A stretch of DNA of 64,000 nucleotides from contig JBNKTL010000006.1 in the NCBI GenBank assembly GCA_050298055.1, positions 2,851 through 66,850 on the forward strand, read 5' to 3'. Position 1 is the first letter of the stretch. Every line of letters begins with the position of its first letter. The notes beneath the pieces were generated by a model. The model worked only from the letters and a program-made list of their open reading frames with translations, was not told the origin of the DNA and did no database searches. This DNA comes from Spirochaetota bacterium (lineage in GTDB: Bacteria > Spirochaetota > UBA4802 > UBA5550). Shown here piece after piece: positions 1 to 8,710 of this stretch. Both the position numbers and the translations under genes were made by a program.

Positions 1-3000
1 AGAAAGATATAGTCCTCCTCGATCTGCCGCACAAGTTCCCCGTCCAGGAGGGCAAGTTCCCTGAGGACAGTGAGCGCCGTAAGCGTATTCCCCTGGATAA
101 GATCGGGATACTCCGGGATATGGATCATTTGAAGCCCCTGTACCATGAATTCAATGTCCCTGATGCCGCCTTCCCCGTCCTTGACATCAGTTCCGGAAAG
201 CTTACTCCTCTTTTTCTCCCTGACGGCGATGTTTCGCAACTTTTCAATGGAATTGACTATTTCACTGCCGGGTGTGCCGTCTTTAAAAAGGTCCCGGACC
301 CTGTCCAGAAAATTGTAACCCACCATGATGTTCCCGGCAACAGGGCGGAGTTTCAGAAGCGCCTGGATCTCCCAGAGGGAGGAATTTTCCCGGTAGTACT
401 CATAGAGGTTCCGGATACTGCAGGCCAGTGAACCGGAACTCCCATAGGGACGAAGCCGGAGGTCGACCCTGTAGGCGTGTCCCTCCTCGTGGTGACCGGA
501 CAGGTCCTGGGAAATCCTCTCTATGACCTCGCTGAAAGTTTTTTCAAGATCCATACCGGTACCGGTGTATCCCTCCGAATCATAGACCATCAGGAGGTCA
601 ATATCCGAACTGTAATTGAGCTCATTTCCTCCCAGCTTTCCGAATGCCATAATGGAAAACCTCTCCCTGATTTCATCCGTCTCCTGTTTCCCTCTGCTCT
701 TTTCAATCTCAGCCAGGTTGACTTCCCCGGCAACCTGGATAAATGCTTCGGCCAGCGTTGAGAGGTCCTTTACGATATCACCCAGGGGCACTCCCAGGCA
801 TATGTCCCGTGTCCCGATCCTCAGTATCTCCCTCTTCTTTATCCTTCTTATGCTGTTGAGCCACTCACTGTGGGACACTGATTTTTCGCGGAGCTTTCTC
901 AGTTCATTTTCAATATCATCCCGGGTCAGTGACTTGTGAATGTTCTCGGGGAGAATGACCCATTCAAGGAAATCGGGGTTTTTGATCAGCGTATCGGAGA
1001 GAAACTGGCTCGCGGAAAATATCCCCAGGAGGATATCGAGCTCCGCGGGCTGAGACAGCATTGTCTCATAGTGCTCGTCAGGATTGTCAATGACAGCCAT
1101 AAACCGTTCCCAGTTGTTAAGGGCCATGTCCGGGTTTGGCTTGTGTCTCAGGATATCAGTAGCGAGGACCGCGAGCCCCGCAAAGAGCTGGAGCCTCTCC
1201 CCTTCTCCCGCAAGTCCCCGGAGATTATGAATGGCCCTCTCCCTGTTCCTGAAACCATATGATTTCAGGATACCTGCCGCCGTTTCACTGTCTATGTCCC
1301 GGGAGAGGACAAGGTCGGCTATGTTCCCGGTTTTTTTCCCCGGAAGTGAGTCCCGGCCGAAACGCTTCTCGATAAATGTCCTGATGATGGCGGACCGGGT
1401 ATCAAATTCAATATGAAGCTGCTGCCAGGCACTCAGGTCGCCTTTATTCTCATATCCCATTCTTCGCGCCAGGTGCTCGTATTCATTGGATCCTGTTTCG
1501 GGCAGGAAGAGGTCCTTTGCCGTTCCCCGAAGCATTCTGAGCCCGTTAATCAACCTGCGGAAAAAATCATATGTGAGGATCAGCTGTTCCCTTTCATGTT
1601 CATCCATGATCCCCAGTTCTGCCATGGCATTAAGGGCTTTGTGGATCCCTGATGTCCGGAGCTCAGTGTGGTCCTTACCGTGAATAACCTGAAGGATCTG
1701 TACCGTGTATTCAAGGTCCACCAGGGCCCCGGGACTGAACTTTGCGTTGATCCTGCTGTCGCTGACGATCTCGCTGAACTGTTTCTCTCTCAGTTCATGA
1801 AGTTCCTTTATGTCCACACTGCTGCTTGAATAGATAAAATCGTTCCGAAGCCTCTTCAGCTGCTTACCGAACCCGGGGTCTCCCATGACCGGCCTCATCC
1901 TTACCAGGGCAAGTTTTTCATATGAATGGGCGTCTCCCCCGGGACCGTAATACCGGCAAAAAGTATCAAGACTGCATGCCAGGGGACCGTCCTTCCCGTA
2001 TGGCCGAAGCCGGAGGTCAATCTCGAAAATGCCTTCCTTCTTTGCCTTTATAAAGGAGACGATGTCCTTTACCATAAACTCAAAGAACTCCGAGTTCCTG
2101 AGTGAATTTTCACCATCGGTAAAACCGCTGTCGCTGTAGACCACAAGGAGCTCAATGTCCGAGGCATACCCGATTGCCGCTCCCCCGAACTTCCCGAGCC
2201 CCAGAATTGAATATTTTGCCTCAAGCCCGGCCACCGACCGGGGGACCCCGTATTTCTCCACCAGCTCTTTGTAAGATATCTCAACCGCCTTTTTCAGAAC
2301 AACATTGGCCAGGCCGGTAAGCCTTTCAGAGAGTTCGCGGAAATCCGTTTCCGGGTTTATGATATGATCAAGGTCTATATGAAAGGTCTCCCTGTCCTTG
2401 AATTCATTCAGCATCCTGACCTTCTCCTCTCTTCCGGGGACCTTTTCAAGAGCCGCGTCCAGCCGCTCCTTCATGTCAAGGTGGCCGCTGTAAAGGTTCT
2501 TTTCGTCTTCCTCACTTTTCAACAGCGGCAGGATATTCTCGTACTGGAGCCGGATAAAGTCTTCCCAGAGGAAATCACTGGCTCCCAGTATCTTCGCCAG
2601 GTCCTTTAAGAGATGGGGATTGGAGAGCATCTGGAACCAGCTCCCTTTCTCCTGCATTGAGATGATCTCCTCGGTAAGATATTCGAAACGGGAAAGGGCC
2701 GCGTAGGGGTCCGGGGCCTTGTCAAGAAAATAGGTAAACTGTTTTGTGAGAAGGACAGAAAACTTGATCCTGTCCAGGACCGTTTCATCGATGATCTTGT
2801 TCCCCGCGGAATCAACAATACCGAATTCATCAACAATCTGCGATTTGATGGTTGAAATATTCACTCTTTCTATAAGGATATTCTGCAGGCTTAATGCCGA
2901 CGTAAGGGCGTAGAGGAAAAAGGGCGTGTCAATACCGGTAATAACCATGGACGTATAATCGGGATGATTGTTGTTTATCTCAATATGAAGAGGATAGAAG

Positions 3001-3593
3001 ACAGACCCTGTGTCCCTGAGGTTCAGGATCTTTCCCGTTACCAGGAGGTTCACTTTCTCCCGTGCGCTGTTGACCGATTCCGGTTCACCGGTTGCTAACA
3101 GCCCGAAAACATCTTCGAGATTTTTCTGAAGCTCCATTGTCCAGACATTAAGGGGAAATGACGGGGGGATTGTCCCGGAGAACTGGTCAATAATGACGCG
3201 CTTCTTAATGAGATTTTTCCCGGCGACCCTGTTTCTTCTCCAGGTTTTACTCCCCCTTTTTGCTTTCCCGGCCTCTTTCCTGTAGGTAAATATCCGGCCG
3301 GATATGGCGCTGAAGTCCATGCTTGCCAGGGTACCGGTTATCAGGGAGAGAATACCGGGAGAATCGTATCCGATTATCGTACAGATAATATTCTCACCAT
3401 CCTTTCCCGCAGAAACATTCACAGGTTTACCGGGAGAGAGTCCCGATATCACACGCAGATGAGATACCGTCTCTTCAAGAGAAAAGTATGCGTAGTAGTC
3501 CTCATCAAGCCTGTTTAAAAGCTCTTCAATAAAATTGCTCTCAATATCGGGACACCTGTTCTTAATTTCATGGAGGGAGGGAATTTTTACCAT
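1..3593 (-). CDS. glnE: Glutamine synthetase adenylyltransferase GlnE with N-terminal ACT-like domains (3' end outside window)
   Basis: Not in the ORF track (runs off the window). Manual translation from ATG at 3593 (MVKIPSLHEIKNRCPD...) shows two GlnE nucleotidyltransferase repeats: LGKFGGAAIGYASDIELL...FEIDLRLRPYG and FGKLGGNELNYSSDIDL...YRVDLRLRPYG...DVKDGEGGIRDIEF. Confidence 0.9.
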   Translation of the reverse strand, partial: MVKIPSLHEIKNRCPDIESNFIEELLNRLDEDYYAYFSLEETVSHLRVISGLSPGKPVNVSAGKDGENIICTIIGYDSPGILSLITGTLASMDFSAISGRIFTYRKEAGKAKRGSKTWRRNRVAGKNLIKKRVIIDQFSGTIPPSFPLNVWTMELQKNLEDVFGLLATGEPESVNSAREKVNLLVTGKILNLRDTGSVFYPLHIEINNNHPDYTSMVITGIDTPFFLYALTSALSLQNILIERVNISTIKSQIVDEFGIVDSAGNKIIDETVLDRIKFSVLLTKQFTYFLDKAPDPYAALSRFEYLTEEIISMQEKGSWFQMLSNPHLLKDLAKILGASDFLWEDFIRLQYENILPLLKSEEDEKNLYSGHLDMKERLDAALEKVPGREEKVRMLNEFKDRETFHIDLDHIINPETDFRELSERLTGLANVVLKKAVEISYKELVEKYGVPRSVAGLEAKYSILGLGKFGGAAIGYASDIELLVVYSDSGFTDGENSLRNSEFFEFMVKDIVSFIKAKKEGIFEIDLRLRPYGKDGPLACSLDTFCRYYGPGGDAHSYEKLALVRMRPVMGDPGFGKQLKRLRNDFIYSSSSVDIKELHELREKQFSEIVSDSRINAKFSPGALVDLEYTVQILQVIHGKDHTELRTSGIHKALNAMAELGIMDEHEREQLILTYDFFRRLINGLRMLRGTAKDLFLPETGSNEYEHLARRMGYENKGDLSAWQQLHIEFDTRSAIIRTFIEKRFGRDSLPGKKTGNIADLVLSRDIDSETAAGILKSYGFRNRERAIHNLRGLAGEGERLQLFAGLAVLATDILRHKPNPDMALNNWERFMAVIDNPDEHYETMLSQPAELDILLGIFSASQFLSDTLIKNPDFLEWVILPENIHKSLTRDDIENELRKLREKSVSHSEWLNSIRRIKKREILRIGTRDICLGVPLGDIVKDLSTLAEAFIQVAGEVNLAEIEKSRGKQETDEIRERFSIMAFGKLGGNELNYSSDIDLLMVYDSEGYTGTGMDLEKTFSEVIERISQDLSGHHEEGHAYRVDLRLRPYGSSGSLACSIRNLYEYYRENSSLWEIQALLKLRPVAGNIMVGYNFLDRVRDLFKDGTPGSEIVNSIEKLRNIAVREKKRSKLSGTDVKDGEGGIRDIEFMVQGLQMIHIPEYPDLIQGNTLTALTVLRELALLDGELVRQIEEDYIF

Positions 3594-4109
3594 AGTGATT
3601 TTATCGTTACCATATTCCGTTTTCTTGTTCCTTATTATCAAAATACCGGGCATGGTTTCAGTCAAGTAAAAAGAGAGTTTCTTACAGACATTAACATGAA
3701 ATCCGAAACTCAAGACACGGAACCGGATCAATTAACTCTGCGGCCAATGGTTGGAATTTTTACTTACATTTTGAGAAACAGGAGAAAGACACTGCGTATG
3801 CGGAAAACTTTGCCGGAGGGTTAAAATGAAAGGCTAGTTTCCCTCTTAACATCTTTTTGTACAGATTCAAGCCGGGCAGAACAGGGAGCAATTAAATCCT
3901 GCTGCCGGCAATACCAGCATTTATTCACCCGATCACCTGTCAAAAAAATGAATTCCCGGGACCATCAGGATAATATTTTAGATAACAATCCTCTATAATC
4001 CTGTATTGAGGGAAAAATGATCTTGAAGCCCCGGTTTTCTCATGGGGAATAACTGCATGGGATAGTGTGCCCGGCTTGAATCAGATCTGCCGTTCAGACC
4101 TAATGGAGC

Positions 4110-4292
4110 TTATTTACCGCCTCCACCGCTCTTTTCTTCCGCTTTTTTGCTATCAGCATCTTTGGAAACTTCTGCAGTGTCCTTCTTGTCGCCTCCTCCC
4201 GGTTTTCCGCAACCGACAGTCACTGCGGTCCCCGCAATGAGAACCATAATGCTGATTCCTGCGAGCACCTTCTTAAGCTTTTCAGAATCCAT
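4110..4292 (-). CDS. Small secreted/lipoprotein-like peptide resembling SbtA-family thio(seleno)oxazole RiPP precursors
   Basis: GGGAGG RBS before ATG 4292. 60 aa: MDSEKLKKVLAGISIMVLIAGTAVTVGCGKP...EEKSGGGGK. Leader fits the MDxxxLKxxLAGxxIxxLIAG pattern of SbtA as I recall it. Confidence 0.6.
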   Translation of the reverse strand: MDSEKLKKVLAGISIMVLIAGTAVTVGCGKPGGGDKKDTAEVSKDADSKKAEEKSGGGGK

Positions 4293-4523
4293 TTGAAACC
4301 TCCCTTTGTTGATTATTAATCGGTATAAACTGATACAGCACATTCATGCTGAACCGCTAATGAACAGAACAATATGAAAATCCCTTTATATATTCTTTTA
4401 TTTTTACAATAATAAATAAATTAAGTCAAGAAATAAAGTCTTTTATAACGACTCAGGTATTATAGAAGAAACACATATATTTAAAATATTATAATCAATA
4501 TACCGGTACTACGGGAAAATGAA

Positions 4524-4552
4524 TTGACAGAACATTTCCCGTTTAGTATAAT
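4524..4552 (+). promoter_or_regulatory. Sigma-70 promoter of the vapBC operon
   Basis: Perfect TTGACA-N17-TATAAT, 30 bp upstream of the antitoxin ATG. Confidence 0.85.
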
Positions 4553-4581
4553 GTATATATACATCATGCGGAGCGGGAATT

Positions 4582-4815
4582 ATGAAAAGAACACAAATTT
4601 ATTTAGACGAAGATTCAATCTCTTACCTTAACAAAGAAAGTCAAACAACTCATAAATCAATTTCTGAAATTATCAGGGCATCAATTAAAGACAAATATAA
4701 ATGTAAAACGAATATTTTATTAAAAAGATTAAATTCTATTTATGGGATCTGGGCTAATAAAAGATTCGATGTCGAACAATATGTGCGGGATATAAGGAAA
4801 GACAGAACCTTATGA
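4582..4815 (+). CDS. vapB: Ribbon-helix-helix (CopG-like) antitoxin
   Basis: MKRTQIYLDE...SISEIIRASI RHH pattern; overlaps the downstream PIN gene by 4 nt. Confidence 0.8.
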   Translation: MKRTQIYLDEDSISYLNKESQTTHKSISEIIRASIKDKYKCKTNILLKRLNSIYGIWANKRFDVEQYVRDIRKDRTL

Positions 4816-5189
4816 TCCTGATTGATTCTGATATCATCATATGGATATTGCGGGGAAGAAGCGATATTAAAGATAAACTGGAAGAATTCATCAAGGATTT
4901 AAATGAAGAAGTCTTCATAACTCCAATTCAGGTATCTGAAATATATGCCGGTTTAAAAGAAAAAGAAAAAATTGATACCGCACTGTTTCTGGAAACCATA
5001 CCCTGTGCTGAAATCAATTATCGTATCGGAAAATTAGCCGGTGAATTTTTAAATCTCTACCGGAAATCACATGACGTAACTCTGGATGACGCCATAATCG
5101 CGGCATGCTCAAAAATATACAATTTTAAATTATGGACACTCAATAAAAAGCACTACCCTATGATACCGGAAAGTGATTTTGTTGATTAA
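4812..5189 (+). CDS. vapC: PIN-domain toxin VapC
   Basis: ILIDSDIII, EIYAG, DAIIAA, LWTLNKKHYP PIN motifs. Confidence 0.9.
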   Translation: MILIDSDIIIWILRGRSDIKDKLEEFIKDLNEEVFITPIQVSEIYAGLKEKEKIDTALFLETIPCAEINYRIGKLAGEFLNLYRKSHDVTLDDAIIAACSKIYNFKLWTLNKKHYPMIPESDFVD

Positions 5190-5219
5190 CAGTCTTTTCC
5201 ATTAAGACAATAAACCGGC

Positions 5220-7079
5220 CTACCGGGCAAAGTCACCCTGGAGTTTCTCCTGGAAACGCTTTATGGCCAGCATTGAATCCCGAAGCACCTCGCGCTGGTG
5301 AGGGGTAATTTTCCCCGGGTCAATCAATTTGTCCGGCGCCTCCCCCCTGCCCTGCTGATCAAGCTGGTGGTCCAGTACCATATCTATGAGTTCATCGTAC
5401 GCGCTGAGTATACTGTCCGCGAAGTCCCCGTCCAGGACCTCCAGCCGGACAAGGGCGTTGATCCTGTCATGTGTATTGTTGGCGCTTATCCCCCTGCTGA
5501 GTCCATAGATCCTCGCCGCATCGGCTATGATCCGCAGCCCGTTTCTCTTTACATCGATCTTCCCCCGGGATTCCTTCCGGTCAGAAGTTATCAGCCTGTT
5601 GAAAAAACCAATGGGCGGCCTTCCTTCCGCGTCATCCTCCACCATCATGCTGAGAAGCCTCGGTTTCCTGCTCAGTTCATGATGAAGGTGTCTTCGCAGT
5701 TCAACCGTCAGGCTGTCATCTCCGTAGAGAGTGTCAAAATCGAAAGTAACATTGGACCAGCGGGCCGCCTTCTCCGTGGGGAACTCCGCCATATAACTTA
5801 TCTGCTTCTTCCATGCTGAAAGACTCTTCCGAAAAACCGGGTTTACCACCATGATATCCCCCTTGCAGAGCGGATAGCCGATCTTATCCAGGTTACGGTT
5901 CAGTTTGTCTCCGAATTTTAAAAACCAGTTTTGGACATCCTCGTCTTCACTCCGGGGACCGTCAGCCATGATCAGGCCGTTATCCTGGTCGGGCTCAAGC
6001 ATCATCTCCTTTCTTCCCCCGGAGCCCATAATCACCACCGCAAACCGGACCGGGGGATCACCTTCACCCTCCTCCTTCATCTCCCCGAGGGTAAGCTCAA
6101 CACAGCGCCGGTTTATTGTGAGATGGGTCTCACTGAGTATCCTGATGGCCGTGGCGGCACGCCTGTTGTACTCCAGGGCGCCCCGGGCAACCCCGTCAAG
6201 CTGACCGAAGAGCTCCTCCAGTTTTTCAACAGACTCCGCTTCAGCCGCTATACCCGTTAAAAGGTTCCTCTGTGCCTGAACCCGCAGGGACTTGATAATA
6301 TCTGTCTGGGAAAGCATCCCCATGGGAACACCGTTCTCCACAACAGCGAGATATTTTACCCGGTACTCGTTCTGCATCTTCTCCGCCTTCCAGAGCTGTT
6401 CTTCGGGACCGATTGTGTGGACTTCTTCGGTCCCCGCCTTCGCAAGGGTCTGGCCCGGTTCGGCTTTATTGAGAAGTACCGCCTCCGCGATCAGGCGGTG
6501 AGTTGTAATGCCCTTCAGGTTGCCCCGGCTGTCGAGGACCCCGAGGCTTCCGATTTTTCGTCTGCTCATCTGTTCCAGGGCCTCAAAGAGCGTGGTCTGG
6601 TCGTTGCAGGAAGCAAAGGGAACGGTCATCACGGACCTCACCGGTTGTATCAGGATACCGGTGGTCCCTCTCCGCCCGGGGTTCCACCGCCTGATCCTTC
6701 TTGCCAGGCTCCTGTTGACCGCTGTCGAGATACCGGGAAATTCTTCCTTGACCCTCTGGAAGGTTTCATCTGACAAAACCAGGAGATCCACCCTGTCTCT
6801 TACCAGGGCAGAAGATGAGTAGGGAGCATTGTCGAGAAAGCTTGAGAGGCCCACAAAATCTCCCGTCTCAACAGTATAGACCTGGCCGTCTTCCCTCTGG
6901 ATAATGACCTCGCCGGACATGACAATATAGATCTCCTCCGTGTAGTTCTGTCCGGATTTGTAAATATAATCGCCGTCAATACATGTTTTTATCCTGCCGG
7001 CATCCAACAGCCTTTCAAGAAGCGATGGATCCAGGGTACGGAACGTAAAACTCTTTGATATCAGGTTGATATCCGGCAT
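5220..7079 (-). CDS. cNMP-binding / CBS / DUF294 putative nucleotidyltransferase
   Basis: N-terminal cNMP-binding fold, CBS pair, MGSGGRKEMMLEPDQDNGL, GYPLCKGDIM, IDVKRNG motifs. Start taken at ATG 7079 (track gives 7094). Confidence 0.9.
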   Translation of the reverse strand: MPDINLISKSFTFRTLDPSLLERLLDAGRIKTCIDGDYIYKSGQNYTEEIYIVMSGEVIIQREDGQVYTVETGDFVGLSSFLDNAPYSSSALVRDRVDLLVLSDETFQRVKEEFPGISTAVNRSLARRIRRWNPGRRGTTGILIQPVRSVMTVPFASCNDQTTLFEALEQMSRRKIGSLGVLDSRGNLKGITTHRLIAEAVLLNKAEPGQTLAKAGTEEVHTIGPEEQLWKAEKMQNEYRVKYLAVVENGVPMGMLSQTDIIKSLRVQAQRNLLTGIAAEAESVEKLEELFGQLDGVARGALEYNRRAATAIRILSETHLTINRRCVELTLGEMKEEGEGDPPVRFAVVIMGSGGRKEMMLEPDQDNGLIMADGPRSEDEDVQNWFLKFGDKLNRNLDKIGYPLCKGDIMVVNPVFRKSLSAWKKQISYMAEFPTEKAARWSNVTFDFDTLYGDDSLTVELRRHLHHELSRKPRLLSMMVEDDAEGRPPIGFFNRLITSDRKESRGKIDVKRNGLRIIADAARIYGLSRGISANNTHDRINALVRLEVLDGDFADSILSAYDELIDMVLDHQLDQQGRGEAPDKLIDPGKITPHQREVLRDSMLAIKRFQEKLQGDFAR

Positions 7080-7276
7080 ATTAAGCGGCCTCAATTAAAT
7101 AATAATCAATGAAATTTTATTCAGTCTACAAACAAGACCCTGACACTCTCTCAACATTAAACAGACACGGTCTCCTGTCAATTACGTAAAACAGAGATAT
7201 AATCTCAACTGAAAAAAAGGTTTACCTGATACCCGGACACTACTTCATATTGAGATATTTTTAGGGTATCATGACG

Positions 7277-7415
7277 TAACGACTCAGCTATATCGTTAAG
7301 CTATATGTATTTACTAAAATATCAACAATATGTCCCCGCCGCCTTCGGCGGCGGGGACATATCAGTTATGTTTTTTTATGAAAATGATTATTCTTCTCCT
7401 GAGTTTGAGTCATTA
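7277..7415. repeat. ~140-bp MITE/REP-like element, copy 1 (hairpin 7328-7362)
   Basis: Begins TAACGACTCAG, ends TTGAGTCATTA; perfect palindrome ATATGTCCCCGCCGCC-TTC-GGCGGCGGGGACATAT; homologous to copies at 52577 and 55268. Confidence 0.8.
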
Positions 7416-7564
7416 TAATATCAAAATTTTTTCAGAAGAATCTGTTTTTTTTTCATATGATACCCTTGACAATATACCCGTATATTTAATACTATCATAA
7501 ATAACACGGGATATTCAACAGAGTCACTCCTGGAAAGAACAAAATAGAGAACGGCAAGACCGGA

Positions 7565-8572
7565 ATGGACTCAGAAAACAAAAACAGGCTCTTCGCAAAT
7601 ATCGGCAAACTGATAACCTCTTCACTGGAACTGAACAAAATCCTGGAAGGAATCATGGAAGAGGTGAGTCTCTACTTCAACCCCCAAAACTGGAGCCTCC
7701 TGCGCTACGACCATACTTCGGACCTGCTCTTCTTTGTTATTTTCGAGGGACTCAGCTACAACAAAGTTGAAAGTATCAGCCTTAAACCGGGAGAAGGGAT
7801 TGCCGGGTCGGTTGTCACAACCGGCCAATCCATATTTGTCCCCGATACATCCAATGACCCGAGATTTTCCGACAAGGTGGATAAAATTACCGGTTTTACA
7901 ACCGAGTCTGTCATAGCAGTGCCCATTAAGATGAAGGAGTGGGTCTTCGGTGTCATTGAGATCATCAACCGTGAAAATCACGGGCAGTTTACCGAAGACG
8001 AGCACCTGATTCTTCAGACAATAGCCGATTTTTCAGCTATAGCATTCGCCAACAACCTTCTTTATGAAAAGGCCATTTCAAAGAGCGAGGTCGATAATCT
8101 TACCGGCCTCTACAACAAGGCGAAACTTGATGAATTTATCAAGGAGCATGCGGGCAGGGATAACCCCCACAGGAGGGGTGCCGATACGCATTCGGATATC
8201 ATAGCCGTTTACATCGACCTTAACGATTTCAAGGAGGTCAATGATACCTACGGACACGCCGAAGGGGACGAGGTCCTGAGAAGGGTCTCCATGAGGCTTG
8301 AATCTCTCTTCAGAAGCGATGACCTGGCATTCAGGATCGGGGGCGACGAGTTTCTCATTCTCATACAGATTGACGAGAACATGGAGAGCAGCGCCATTAT
8401 CAGCCGTATCGAGGAAGTCCTCTCAAACCTGAAAGTCACCTCTATTAAAAAAGGCTACACGGTAACGCTTTCCTTCGGGATCAAGACAGGAAGGATCACG
8501 GATATCGGCACCCTGATCCATGACGCGGACCTTAACATGTATGAGAAAAAGAAAAAAAAGAAGGATAATTAG
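7565..8572 (+). CDS. GAF-GGDEF diguanylate cyclase
   Basis: GAF (GEGIAG, VIAVP, GVIEIIN) followed by DNLTGLYN, DLNDFKEVND.YGH..GD, RIGGDEF. Confidence 0.95.
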   Translation: MDSENKNRLFANIGKLITSSLELNKILEGIMEEVSLYFNPQNWSLLRYDHTSDLLFFVIFEGLSYNKVESISLKPGEGIAGSVVTTGQSIFVPDTSNDPRFSDKVDKITGFTTESVIAVPIKMKEWVFGVIEIINRENHGQFTEDEHLILQTIADFSAIAFANNLLYEKAISKSEVDNLTGLYNKAKLDEFIKEHAGRDNPHRRGADTHSDIIAVYIDLNDFKEVNDTYGHAEGDEVLRRVSMRLESLFRSDDLAFRIGGDEFLILIQIDENMESSAIISRIEEVLSNLKVTSIKKGYTVTLSFGIKTGRITDIGTLIHDADLNMYEKKKKKKDN

Positions 8573-8710
8573 TTGCTTCTTAAAAGTTCAGCGTGTATAC
8601 TCCTGAGATAATACCCATTCATACAAAAATATCATTGCAAAAACAGGCCGGGACGCAGATTAAAGACCGGATAATTCGAACAAACAGAAAATAATAAAAG
8701 AAAAATAATC

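Noticed and set aside
120..2836. Many short ORFs in the track over the first 3 kb
   Set aside because: Shadows of the long minus-strand glnE frame, which the track missed because its stop lies outside the window.
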